Positions 38,271 to 49,281 of a DNA stretch of 64,000 nucleotides are shown here, piece by piece. A program made the translations under genes and the position numbers. Every line of letters starts with the position of its first letter. Within the stretch, counting starts at the first letter, position 1. Origin of the DNA: Macrostomum hystrix (lineage: Eukaryota > Animalia > Platyhelminthes); contig CATNEN010000005.1 of assembly GCA_950097015.1 (NCBI GenBank), forward strand, positions 1,736,001 to 1,800,000, read 5' to 3'. The notes below the pieces were generated by a model. It searched no databases, was not told the DNA's origin, and saw only the letters and a list, made by a program, of their open reading frames with translations.

Positions 38271-39129
38271 TGTGACTTATCTGTCTTGAATTATAAATGT
38301 TCTCTTCCAACTGTTAAGAAGATAATACTTAAAATATCATCGCCAATTAATTAAACTGCAATTAGGGTTCAAAATAGCAAACACGTGGTTGTACAAGCTG
38401 ATTAGGCTCCAACATCTAGATACCTTCAACCTGAACATTTGCTTTAGGCTCAACTGAGCTTTAGCTTTAGCATCACCAAAGGCTGTCCGCTGGTGATGCT
38501 GGTGATGCTTATAGGCCTAGAGCCACAATGACAAGAGCAAGAGGCTGGGAACAAAAGTTTTCTTTAATAAACAAACTAATAGCTCAGAATTTTTTTTCGC
38601 TGAGACTCATTCCCCCAGGTAGTGCATAAGTAACTAAACAACTTTTAGATGGCTTGTAATAGCTGCCTGAAGCACATTGGTATACATGATAGCGACAGCA
38701 GTGAAAAGTGAATAACACACTGGCAACACCTTATTTCTACTAAGCAAGGTGCCAAGCTGTATACCAATGAGAAATTGCACAACAAATAGCTTTCATGCCC
38801 ATTGACACCATAGACAGTGGGGCACCAGATTGCACCCTCACTTTTTGAGGTGCTTCCTAGCCTATGATAAAGCTCATTGCTTTTTTGTACAAATCACTTA
38901 ATAAACAAAGCTAAGCTTAAGACTGTGCATGAGTGGCAAGTTTTCTTTGCAGAAGCAATTTTGTACCTTTTCTTGGTACGAAAGTACCCACAGCCACATT
39001 GTAGTGCAGCGAAAATTTCGAGCTCAGTTTGGACTCAATGCCCATCTAACAAGAAGATCCACTATTCTGGCTGCTCAAGCTGTGAAGCAGACGGCCCGTA
39101 TCTGCTAAAACAATGTATGCAGTTGCTGT

Positions 39130-39830
39130 GGTACTGCCTGCATATGGGGATAACCCCGTGTCAACATGCCATGTGGTGATGGAACTCGGTGTTAAAGCAG
39201 TCTCTCAAAACAATCCTTCATTCAAAAGGCCTTCACCCCTACAAGTTACAAATGCAATGGGAAATTAGCAAGCAAGATTGTGCTGATTGCTAATCCTTTT
39301 GCAAAGAGATGCTAAAGGCTATTTGTGAGGATGAATCTCTGCTCATTACACATTTTCTGGACAAATTTGGTGCATTTTTACCTTAGTGGAGAAGTTAACT
39401 GGGATAAATGCAGATGCTGGTCTAACGAAAACCTCGATGTTGTGTAGGAATTGGATTGGTTCTTTCTACTTTGACAAGATAGTCACTAGCCAGTCTTACC
39501 TAGCAATTCTCAAGGAAAAACTGCTCTTAATGCTGTAACAAATACCCAAGTTTAGAGCTGACCAACATTGGTTTATGCACGATGGCGCCACTCTGTACAA
39601 CTATACTGGGCTTCTGTTAAATGGCACATTGGATTGCAATCTAATAGATTGGGCATGGAGTATCTATGTACAGGCCTGCTACCCTGCTTGAAGCCCCAAT
39701 CTTAGTCCATGTGACTTCCACCTGTGGGGTGATCTCAAACACCAAGTTTATACTGTGTGGTCTCCATTCTGGAGCCTAAGCAGCAGATTGTCTTAGCAAT
39801 TAGCACTACACCAAACAGTGTGCTTTAGGC
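39130..39830 (+). mobile_element. Decayed Tc1/mariner-superfamily transposase pseudogene
   Basis: Frameshifted and stop-interrupted motifs LHPYKLQ, WFMHDGA and SPNLSPCDFHLWGDLKHQVY resemble HPYK..., WFQQDGAP and SPDLTPLDFFLWGYLK. Confidence 0.7.
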
Positions 39831-40739
39831 AGCTGTTACAAGCAACATTAATAAGTAGCTGTAGCTCTGCAATGAGCAAAATAGTGTACTCACTTTTTAT
39901 TGAGAACACAATCAAGTTTATCTACTTATATTAGATGGGAAAAAATATGCTGAAAATCCTTTTTCTATGCTGTAATACTTGTTTTTACTAGTTGTTATAT
40001 ACTTTATGAATGCTATAGTAGTTATTGAAGTTACAAGTTGTTCAGTGGCACATACATCTTTTTGCATTCAATTATAACAATTCAAAATTCAAATTTGACA
40101 CATTTTAGCTTCAAAATAGAACTTTCAATTTAGACACTCCCAAAAGGTGCTGTCAATGTCAATGGTGAAATGCAACCACTGGGTCTAAAATTCCATTCAA
40201 ACAAGACAATTTGCACTTCAATTTTGACCATAAACTGAGTTTCTATACCTATTTTGCTTTTTTACCCCTGCTAGTCACTTTTCTGTCTTAAGTGATCAAT
40301 GCACCTTGAAACACAATACAAATTTGTGTTCATTGACATTGTATTTGAATCAGCAAGGAAGGCCAAAGCCAAAGAGTGTACAAAGTGGCTGGACAGAAGG
40401 GTCCATGTGCCACCATCTGTTTGGCCAAGTCACCTCAAATTAGGAGCTGTCCATTGCCAGAAGTAAGCTCTAGGCATGACAAAGGAATGCTTTGCTTAAT
40501 TTTTGCAGATTTTGATAGAAAGTGCCCACATGATTTGGCAGGATCAGCATGTTTATGATATTTGACAATGTCAGTCATAAAAATGCCAAGCTACAGGAGG
40601 TCAATGAAGCAATCTGATTAAAACTATTTCTTGTACATTCTAGTACATATGTAGATATAGTACATTCTTGATACCAGTTGAGAGAGCAATCTTATCATGG
40701 AAAGCTGCTATCAAGCTGTGGACTCAGTATGAATAGTGA

Positions 40740-41020
40740 CATACATGCGCAACCTCCCAAATCTTAGCCGGCCGTGCGACTTAGTTTTTGCTCTCATTTG
40801 CGACTTAGTTCATTTCATTGCTCTATTTACGACTTAGTTTGCTCTCATTTGCTCTCTTTTTCTCTCCCCTTTTTCCTTTTCTTCACGCCTTCCTTTTTTG
40901 TCCCTTGGTCCCCCCTTTGATTTTTTTGCGCTTGGTCAATTGGTTTTTGCGACTTACCTTGCTTGGCCCTCGTTTCACCCGGCCGGTTCGGCCGGGTCGG
41001 CCGGGTGTTGCGCATGTATG
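40740..41020. mobile_element. 281-bp MITE with 8-bp TSD (hAT or P superfamily)
   Basis: Perfect 14-bp TIR catacatgcgcaac / gttgcgcatgtatg; TSD aatagtga at 40732-40739 and 41021-41028. Confidence 0.85.
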
Positions 41021-43312
41021 AATAGTGACATATTTATCAATCCTATAATCGAGTCTTAGGCTGGCCAAACTTTGGTGCAATATGAGATAGGGCTTTGTTC
41101 ATTTTCTAAGAAATATTTGTAATTTTGTTTAAATACACTCTGATTTGTTATAATGCACCAATTTTTTTTATGCACTAAATACACCGAAAGTTATAATATA
41201 ATATAATTATAATATATAATACAATATAATTTTAATAACAGTTATAATAAAGTGAAAAAGGGAAACAAAAAATATGTATATACACAAGTGAGAGAAGGCG
41301 AAAAACTAACATGTGTTTTTCACTACATTCAGAATAAGAAAGCTTGAAGATTGAAGTGTTTGTCTGATAAGTTATTTGAAGAGCTATTGAGAAAGAGAAG
41401 TGAATAGAGTGAAAAGAGAGCTGTAACCCTAGATACACTGGAAAAAGCCCAAGATAGACTGAAGACTGAATTGAAGATCAATAAAAGAGTAATTGAAGAG
41501 TGATAAAGATTGATAGAGGGATAAAGACTGATAAAGAATATTTACAGAAATAATGCAGTAAAGTTATAAAGTGAAAGTAAATAGAGAGAATAAATAGTTG
41601 CCATATTGAACATATTACTTTACCAGATTGAATACATAGGATAATGCTACCAATTTGAAGTGAAATAAGTAATACATAAAGTGAATAGGCCTAACTAAAG
41701 ACACTCATAAGTTTGATATAAGACAATATTTGAACAAGTTTAAATAGCCCTATAACAACTTTGACGACAGCAGTACAATTTAATAAGTTTATATAGCCCT
41801 ACAGCAACTTTGGTGGCATTATTAGGAATTGGAGTTTATTTAGAAATTAGGCCTGTAACAACTTTGGTGCCATTCAGTGGGATATTAATTTATCAAACTA
41901 AAACCCTGCAACAAATATTAGGGTAATGTATCATCAACTGAACAAGAATGTGTATTTTCTTAACTTCAAACCTAAGCTACAAAGATTTTCTATTTAAGAT
42001 ATGATGATGAATCAAAGCCAAGTTATAGAAAAGTTATATCTTTCTAAAAAGTATCTGCTTCTGCTATTTTGTCAAATAGACAAAAATTTATGTGTTTTTC
42101 ATCTCAAAACCGAACGATGATTTTCATGTATCTTCAAACCAAACGGAGAAACTGATATTCAGTTTTACAATTTGAGTGATTGGTTTAATCTTATTTTAAG
42201 GAGTGAACTATCATGAATTATGTAATTTGAAAGCATTTTTCATGCTCTATAAATAACTACATTTATGGTCATTTTATTGGAAAACAACCACATACAATCT
42301 TAGGGCCTAGTCTAAAGTACATGCTGAAAAAGGTTGTTAAAAAGTATGCTTTTGCAATAAAAATGTCTATTGAAATGTCATATCTTTCTTTCCTCTTAAT
42401 GCTTCATTGCATGTCATGCCTTAGCTTGTAGATAATTTTTTTGACTTTCAAATTAGTTGTTCTGTGAAACACAATAGCTTGTTTCTGTCTTGTAGGAGAC
42501 CAAAGAAGGAGTCAAAATTCTTGTTCGGTTTTGAAGATACACTGTTCAGTTGATGATACATTACCTTACTGTAATTAACTGGCCCACTTGGCATATATTG
42601 CCTTGAAAGACCATGTCACATTGGAAAAGTGTCTTTAGGCCTAATGGTATAACTGTATAGGCCTAATCATTGCTTTAATTTTGTGCCAATGTGCCTTCAG
42701 TTGGTGCCAATCAAAAGTGACTGACAACACTAGCCTACATGTACATGCAAGTTTTTAATAGATCAATTCCAATCAACTTTAAGTAGGCCTAGGGTAAAAT
42801 ATGTTTTGACGACTGTTCCATTTACAGTAAACTTGATACTTTTCAAATTTGAATTTAGTTTGCCAAACTTGAATTATGGAATTTTAGCCCCATTTGTTGC
42901 TTTTTACTATAGACATTGACAGTGCCTTTTGGTAAATGTCTAAATTGAATATGCATTGACAAATTTTATTCTAAGTTGAAAGGTCAAGTTGGAAGCTAAA
43001 AATAGTGTTGAATTTGAATATTGAATTGTCTAGATTGAACTCTAGATTTAGCTCTGTTGAAATTGAACACAAAAAGGTATAGCATGTTAGGTAAATTTTC
43101 TTGTGCAATTAAAAAATGTGTAATTAAAAAAGTGCAATTATGAAAATAAACAAAAAAATTGATATTGAATAACATATAAACTCAAAAAATTATACTTGCT
43201 GCTGCACTTATGACTTGTACCTATTTTGTTGTTAATTGTTTGTTGATAGTTAATAGGCCTAGTTTTCGGATAGTTAATTCCGACTCGAATTTAACATGCA
43301 TTCCGAATATTC

Positions 43313-43356
43313 CAAGGACCACTAGAAGAAGAGTGGTCCTCTTCTAGTGGTCCTTG
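43313..43356. mobile_element. 44-bp mini-MITE (two 17-bp TIRs plus a 10-nt core)
   Basis: caaggaccactagaaga-agagtggtcc-tcttctagtggtccttg, flanked by gaatattc at 43305-43312 and 43357-43364. Confidence 0.6.
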
Positions 43357-43364
43357 GAATATTC

Positions 43365-43833
43365 TGTAATGAAATAATTCGTCTATTTTAAATTGTTAGT
43401 AAAATCAAAATATTTATTGTATACTGTTATTACAACTAAATTTATGCTAATCATCTTCTCATATAGCCGGTATTTTCGTACGGATGTTTGTATTAATTAT
43501 GTATTTAGTATTTGTTAAATCTACGCTTGACAAGTTAAATATAAAGTGACACCAGTTGCAACCGGTTTTCTGACCCGCGCGCGCGCATCGGGATTAGCTA
43601 CTAAGTTTAGATAAGTAGAATATTCGAACATTAGATTATAATTAATATAACCACCTTTAACTAATCTTGCTCTATATTGTAAGCGCGTGCGTCAGCAAAG
43701 CGGCGTAATTTATATAACAGAAGTAGGCCCTATCACTAATTATATTACTAATTATATTACATTAAGCTGCAGCCCTTCAAAACGATTTACAATTCATTTT
43801 AAATGGCGACCACCGACCAATAAATTCATTACA
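43365..43833 (+). repeat. 5' LTR
   Basis: Direct repeat of 50509-50977 with TG...CA ends. Confidence 0.96.
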
Positions 43834-43835
43834 AA

Positions 43836-43853
43836 TGGCGACCACGCCAGGAC
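43836..43853 (+). promoter_or_regulatory. Primer-binding site, probably for tRNA-Arg(TCG)
   Basis: TGGCGACCACGCCAGGAC, 2 nt after the LTR; its complement ends in GGTCGCCA like metazoan tRNA-Arg(TCG) 3' ends (the primer class used by mdg1/412-type elements). Confidence 0.75.
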
Positions 43854-44236
43854 CATACTCTAAATGTTAGACTCTGCTGGAATCTATTAGCTATTTTAAT
43901 ATAATCTGGATTCATATTCATTTACTTTGTGTAGTTTTGAGTAATCTCTTCTCTGATATCGAAATTTGTTAATATCTACATACACTTTATCTGTATTTTC
44001 TGGTTATATATTGTCTCACTAAATCTCAGTTAGTCTAGAGCTAGTCTCTTGATTGTTGCCCCTTGCATGTTGCAACTACAGTTTAACTAGGCCTAGATCT
44101 CATTAATGACTTATTTCTCCTTTGGTATTGACCTAATAATTTATTTTGTTTCAAACTACATTTCAAACTCAAACTAGTAATATTGGTCTTAATAGGCTAA
44201 GTTAAATAAAGATCTTAGCTCAACATTTCATTTGTG

Positions 44237-45556
44237 ATGTCTCAACACTTAATGGACACAATTGAATTAAGAAATCGATCAGTTCAGAGAGCACCTGTGC
44301 CAATTCAATCCAACCCTTGGCCAGGCCAATCTGGTGACTTCCAGTCAAACCCAAATGCAGACTATTCATTCTTTAACCCACCAGAACAAATCAATAGAAC
44401 TGAACCAACAATACAAACAAATCCTTTCTATATTGATTATGGTCATAGAGAACCATACATTCCATTATCATCTGCACAAGAAAATTTGAGAGTTCAAGAG
44501 TGGATAAACCACAATCCATCAAGAAGCACTAATCCATTTTTAGATGAAGCATCATGTATTGCCGATTCAGAGCCAACCAATGCTACCAATCCTAGCCTTT
44601 TCTTAGGCCCAGTGCCTCAAGTTTTTCAAGCACAAAAGCATACTAGCATTGAGCCTATGCCAACATCTTACCAGATTCCTCCTGTGCCTAAGCCAGCACC
44701 ATTTAATGGCAAGGAAGACTTTTCTGATTTCATTGCTAGAATCGATAATTATCTTTGCAGATTCCCTAGCTTGACTGATGCTATCAAAATTCAAACACTT
44801 GTTGCTTTCTTAGGTCCAGTCTTTAGTTCTTATAGAGCCTGGTTGGCAAATGCATGTGCATCAGCAAGTATGCCTCTAGGTACACCTCTTGAACAACTGC
44901 CAAATGCTACCTATGACTTATGTGTGCAATTTTTAAAGAGTAGACAAGGTGAGAAAACTAGTATTGTTCTTAGAAGAGAAGTTCGGACCCTAACTAGGAA
45001 GCCTAATGAAACATTTGAGCAATTCTTGACAAACTTACAAAATCTAGCCATTCAAGCTTATCCAGAAAACGCCAATAGTGAAGTAGTCCAAACTATGGTG
45101 CTTGACCAATTTATTGCAGGTATTGGTGACTTAAAGGTAACAGAGTATTTGTCTAACCAATTGCACCTTGAGACACCAGAACAAGCTCTACAGCTGGCAC
45201 AACAAGTTCGAGAGACACAGTTGCTACTTCAAAGTCAATCTACACATAGTGCACAAAGAAGCAATATAATAAGAAACACTAAGCCAATTTACCCACATAT
45301 GGGAAGTCAGCAATGCAATTCAATAGACTCTCAATCTAACCACATGCAAGCAACTGCTAAAACAGCTGTAAACGCAAGGCCTTATCAACCAGCACTACTG
45401 AACCAGCCACAGCGCCAACTGCACCAGAGCAGGAACCAAGGGAAATGCTATGGATGTGGTCAACATGGGCATATAAATAGGAATTGCCCAAACGCCAATC
45501 AGGCTGGATCACGGGGCAGATTCCAGCCAAGAGTGCCAACTGCCCCACCACTGTAG
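44237..45556 (+). CDS. gag: Gypsy Gag polyprotein
   Basis: ATG at 44237; capsid-like FNGKEDFSDFIARIDNYL; CCHC knuckle CYGCGQHGHINRNC. Confidence 0.92.
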   Translation: MSQHLMDTIELRNRSVQRAPVPIQSNPWPGQSGDFQSNPNADYSFFNPPEQINRTEPTIQTNPFYIDYGHREPYIPLSSAQENLRVQEWINHNPSRSTNPFLDEASCIADSEPTNATNPSLFLGPVPQVFQAQKHTSIEPMPTSYQIPPVPKPAPFNGKEDFSDFIARIDNYLCRFPSLTDAIKIQTLVAFLGPVFSSYRAWLANACASASMPLGTPLEQLPNATYDLCVQFLKSRQGEKTSIVLRREVRTLTRKPNETFEQFLTNLQNLAIQAYPENANSEVVQTMVLDQFIAGIGDLKVTEYLSNQLHLETPEQALQLAQQVRETQLLLQSQSTHSAQRSNIIRNTKPIYPHMGSQQCNSIDSQSNHMQATAKTAVNARPYQPALLNQPQRQLHQSRNQGKCYGCGQHGHINRNCPNANQAGSRGRFQPRVPTAPPL

Positions 45557-48500
45557 CTGATCACCAAAAGCAAGGAGCTAGGGAAATCCTTAATGTAAAT
45601 CTTGATTTTAATAATGCTATATATGTAAATGCAATTGTAGCGTCTAAAAAAATACCTTGCCTAATAGACACAGGCTCTAGTGTCACAATCATTTCAGCTG
45701 ATGTCCTTAATCAACCTAGACTAAATCTTATCAAGACAGAAGTTCAGTTAACAGTTGCCAATGGCGAAGAATTAAAGGTTTTAGGAAAGAAAAAAATTAC
45801 CTTTTCATTTGGCCAACTCAATTTAGCACATGAAGTATATGTGTGTAGCAATATCCAGCACAATGTAATTATAGGTTTAGATTTCTTAAAGCAATTTGAT
45901 GTTTCTATCCACCCAGCACAAGGTATTATTACTTTCAATGCTCATAACAAATCAATTCCAACTCGGAAAACCATGGAAGTCCCAAGGTTTCAAGTCCTTG
46001 TTGTGGCCGAAACTACAACTGTGCCACCAGGCCAGACTCTTGATATTTCTATTAAGCCAAAACTTCCTGATCAATCACTTGCTCCAGGCATTGTTGAATC
46101 AAATCACCATGTCCCAGGTCTCTTGCTTGCCAGAGGTATTCATCTAATAAAAAATGAAGGCATGAATGTTAATGTTGTCAATAGTAATGTTAACAGAGAG
46201 TTACTATTAAGAGCCGGTCTAGTCATTGCTAAGTTTATCCCACTAGATCAAAAAGGAAATGTGTGCATCATTGGAAGCTTAAATCCAAACCAAAGTGAAA
46301 ATGAAGACATAATTAGTGAAGAGAGTAACCTAGACAATAAAACTAGTACACAGTCTAACCAAACAAAGTTTAACATATCAAAAGACTTGTCACCATCAGA
46401 AGCAAGTGATGTAGAAGCAGTATTAAATCAATTTAAAGATGTATTTGCATCAGGTAGTAATTTAGGTAGAGCGAATTTGCTGAAACATAAAATCGATACA
46501 GGAGATGCGTTGCCGACCAAGGAAACACTAAGGAGATCTAACTTGACCACTATAAATGAACAGAAAAAGATTATCGATGACATGATCCAAGATAACATCA
46601 TTGTTCCATCATCATCTCCATGGGCAGCTGCAGTAGTGCTAGTTCGCAAGAAAGATGGTAACCTTAGATTTTGCATAGATTATCGAAAATTAAACAATGT
46701 TACAAAGTCTGATGCCTATCCAATGCCTAGAGTGGACGACACTCTGGATGCTCTAGCTGGCAACATATATTTTTCAGCCATGGATATGCAGTCAGGATAC
46801 TGGCAGGTCGAACTTGATGAACATGACAGTGAGAAGACAGCTTTCCTGTGCCACCATGGTCTGTACCAATTCAGGGTCATGCCATTTGGGCTGAAAAATG
46901 CCCCAGCTACGTTTCAACGGCTGATGGACCTGGTGCTGCGCGGTCTGAAGTGGGAAGCTTGTCTTGTGTATATCGATGACATTGTTGTAATGGGCAGAAC
47001 ATTAGACGAGCATAATTGTAATCTTGCTCAAGTCCTCCAGCGCCTCCAAAACGCAAATCTTCGCTTAAAGCCTAGCAAATGTATCTTTGCATCTAAGTCA
47101 ATAAAAATTCTAGGACATAAAATAACACCCCAAGGCATTTCGGTTGATGATGAGAAGGTCAAAGCAGTCCATGATTGGCCTCGACCACAATCGGTTAAGG
47201 ATGTCCAGAGTTTCCTAGGTTTAGCCTCTTATTATAGAAGATTTATTAAAAGTTTCTCCACAATAGCAGAGCCTTTGCGCCGACTAACACTAAAAAATAC
47301 ACAATTTATCTGGACTAATGAACAAGAACAAAGTTTCTGTTCGCTGAAAGACAGGTTAACTTCAGCGCCGATTCTTGCCTTGCCAGACACTTCAGATATT
47401 AATAGTCAATTTATTTTAGATACTGATGCTAGCGGTTTCGGAGTAGGTAGTGTGCTGTCGCAGATTCAAAAAGGACAAGAGAAGGTTATTGCCTACAGCA
47501 GCCGAGCTTTGAATTCGGCAGAAAGAAATTACTGTGTGACTAGGAGGGAACTATTAGCTGTAGTCGAATCGTGCAAAAAATTCAGATCTTATCTAGCTGG
47601 TAAAAAGTTTATAATTCGCATTGACCATGCTGCACTAACCCACTTACTAAGTTTCAAGGAGCCGACTGGACAGTTAGCACGCTGGCTTGAGTCATTACAA
47701 GAATTTGACTTCGAAATTATCCACCGACCAGGTAAAATGCATATGAACGCTGACGCTCTGTCCAGATGTCCGCGGTTTTGTGAAGCATGTCAGCCGGACA
47801 AGCCGCGTAGAGTAGATGCTGAGTGTCAAACTAGTAACAATGAGACCTGTAATGCAGTTGTTCCATCACGTAGGAAGCAGCAACTTGTTGCGCGAACCTC
47901 GGATGTCGAAGATATAAGTGACGAAGACTCAGTTGACACAGATATCGACGAAACATCTTTGAGAGTGTTGCAGCTAAGAGATGATGGTATTGGACCAGTT
48001 TACAGAAAACTCGCTCAGGGAAATACGGAATTGACTGAGGAAGACAAGACAACAATGGCACCAGAGAGCATAATGTTAATAAATAAGGTTAATGATCTAT
48101 GCTTTATCAACGGCGTTATGCATCGTGTTATAGATTCAAAACCAATACTAGTGCTCCCAAGAATTAAAAGACAAGAGATTATTGAAGAAATACATCAACT
48201 TGGTCATTTTGGCATAAAGAAGACTGCTGAAGCAGTTAAAGCACGATTTTATTGGCCAAAACTAATAGATGACGTCATGCTGTACACAAAAGAATGCGTC
48301 CAGTGCCAAAGAGCAAAACCAACATCCGCCTCTAAAGCTCCGCTCCGTCCTATGTCATCTGGCTTCCCGATGCAACGAGTGGCGATTGATGTCGTGAAAA
48401 TAGCCACATCGCGCCAAGGCAACGACCGTCTACTTACAATTATGGATTACTTTAGCAAATGGGTCGAGCTTGTCCCGTTGCAGGACGAACGCGCAGAAAC

Positions 48501-49281
48501 CATCGCAAATGCACTTTTCATGCACTGGATAAGCCGATTTGGAGCGCCCCACATCTTGCACTCTGATAGAGGCAAAGGCGTAGATGGCAAACTGATTAGG
48601 AAGCTCTGTAAACTACTTAACATCCAAAAGACACGCACAACAGCATTTCATCCTCAGTGTGATGGACTGGTGGAACGGTTCCACCGTACGCTTCATAATA
48701 TCTTGCGTTGTTATCTTCAAAATGTTGATCCTGAGGACTGGGAGGATGCAATTCCCCATTGTCTCATGGCCTACCGAAGTTCAGTCCACGCGACTACCGG
48801 TTTCACACCGCACTATCTAATGACTGGTCGCGAGATGGTGCTGCCAGTAGACGTTGTGTACCGCGAGCCTGAGCCTAAATTAACTCCTACTACCTTTGCT
48901 GACGCGATTAAAGAGCAACTAATTAACGCTTATGAGACAGTCAGGAAAGCCACCAAAGCTGTCCAAAGAGTTCAAAAGAGGTACTACGATAGAAATATCA
49001 AGAAGCAAAGATTCCATGAGAATGCATTGGTGTGGGTTTTTACCCCTCCTTTAGCTCTGCGACAGCGGGATTCTCGTTGGTCGCACAAGCACCATGCTCC
49101 ATGGACTGGCCCATTCAGAGTAGTGCGTAAGACATCTCCAGTAAACTACGAAGTTGTCCGTCAGGTTGAAGGTAAAGATCAAGGTAAGGGGAAGATTGTC
49201 CATGCGGGAAAGATGAAACTAGTCGTCCAACCTTCGCAGAAGCTGCCGAGTCTCTGGCAAGATGATATCGAGGAAGAATAA
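45481..49281 (+). CDS. pol: Gypsy Pol (protease, RT, RNase H, integrase), -1 frame relative to gag
   Basis: LIDTGSS (protease), YIDDIV (RT), LDTDASG (RNase H), H..GHFG...CVQC zinc finger, D-D-E core (AIDVV, HSDRG, VERFHR), GPF motif; no internal stops. Confidence 0.96.
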   Translation, partial: ELPKRQSGWITGQIPAKSANCPTTVADHQKQGAREILNVNLDFNNAIYVNAIVASKKIPCLIDTGSSVTIISADVLNQPRLNLIKTEVQLTVANGEELKVLGKKKITFSFGQLNLAHEVYVCSNIQHNVIIGLDFLKQFDVSIHPAQGIITFNAHNKSIPTRKTMEVPRFQVLVVAETTTVPPGQTLDISIKPKLPDQSLAPGIVESNHHVPGLLLARGIHLIKNEGMNVNVVNSNVNRELLLRAGLVIAKFIPLDQKGNVCIIGSLNPNQSENEDIISEESNLDNKTSTQSNQTKFNISKDLSPSEASDVEAVLNQFKDVFASGSNLGRANLLKHKIDTGDALPTKETLRRSNLTTINEQKKIIDDMIQDNIIVPSSSPWAAAVVLVRKKDGNLRFCIDYRKLNNVTKSDAYPMPRVDDTLDALAGNIYFSAMDMQSGYWQVELDEHDSEKTAFLCHHGLYQFRVMPFGLKNAPATFQRLMDLVLRGLKWEACLVYIDDIVVMGRTLDEHNCNLAQVLQRLQNANLRLKPSKCIFASKSIKILGHKITPQGISVDDEKVKAVHDWPRPQSVKDVQSFLGLASYYRRFIKSFSTIAEPLRRLTLKNTQFIWTNEQEQSFCSLKDRLTSAPILALPDTSDINSQFILDTDASGFGVGSVLSQIQKGQEKVIAYSSRALNSAERNYCVTRRELLAVVESCKKFRSYLAGKKFIIRIDHAALTHLLSFKEPTGQLARWLESLQEFDFEIIHRPGKMHMNADALSRCPRFCEACQPDKPRRVDAECQTSNNETCNAVVPSRRKQQLVARTSDVEDISDEDSVDTDIDETSLRVLQLRDDGIGPVYRKLAQGNTELTEEDKTTMAPESIMLINKVNDLCFINGVMHRVIDSKPILVLPRIKRQEIIEEIHQLGHFGIKKTAEAVKARFYWPKLIDDVMLYTKECVQCQRAKPTSASKAPLRPMSSGFPMQRVAIDVVKIATSRQGNDRLLTIMDYFSKWVELVPLQDERAETIANALFMHWISRFGAPHILHSDRGKGVDGKLIRKLCKLLNIQKTRTTAFHPQCDGLVERFHRTLHNILRCYLQNVDPEDWEDAIPHCLMAYRSSVHATTGFTPHYLMTGREMVLPVDVVYREPEPKLTPTTFADAIKEQLINAYETVRKATKAVQRVQKRYYDRNIKKQRFHENALVWVFTPPLALRQRDSRWSHKHHAPWTGPFRVVRKTSPVNYEVVRQVEGKDQGKGKIVHAGKMKLVVQPSQKLPSLWQDDIEEE
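45487..45546 (+). promoter_or_regulatory. Predicted -1 programmed ribosomal frameshift signal
   Basis: C_CCA_AAC heptamer in gag phase, 8-nt spacer, H-type pseudoknot (ggctgga/tccagcc; ggggca/tgcccc). Confidence 0.75.
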
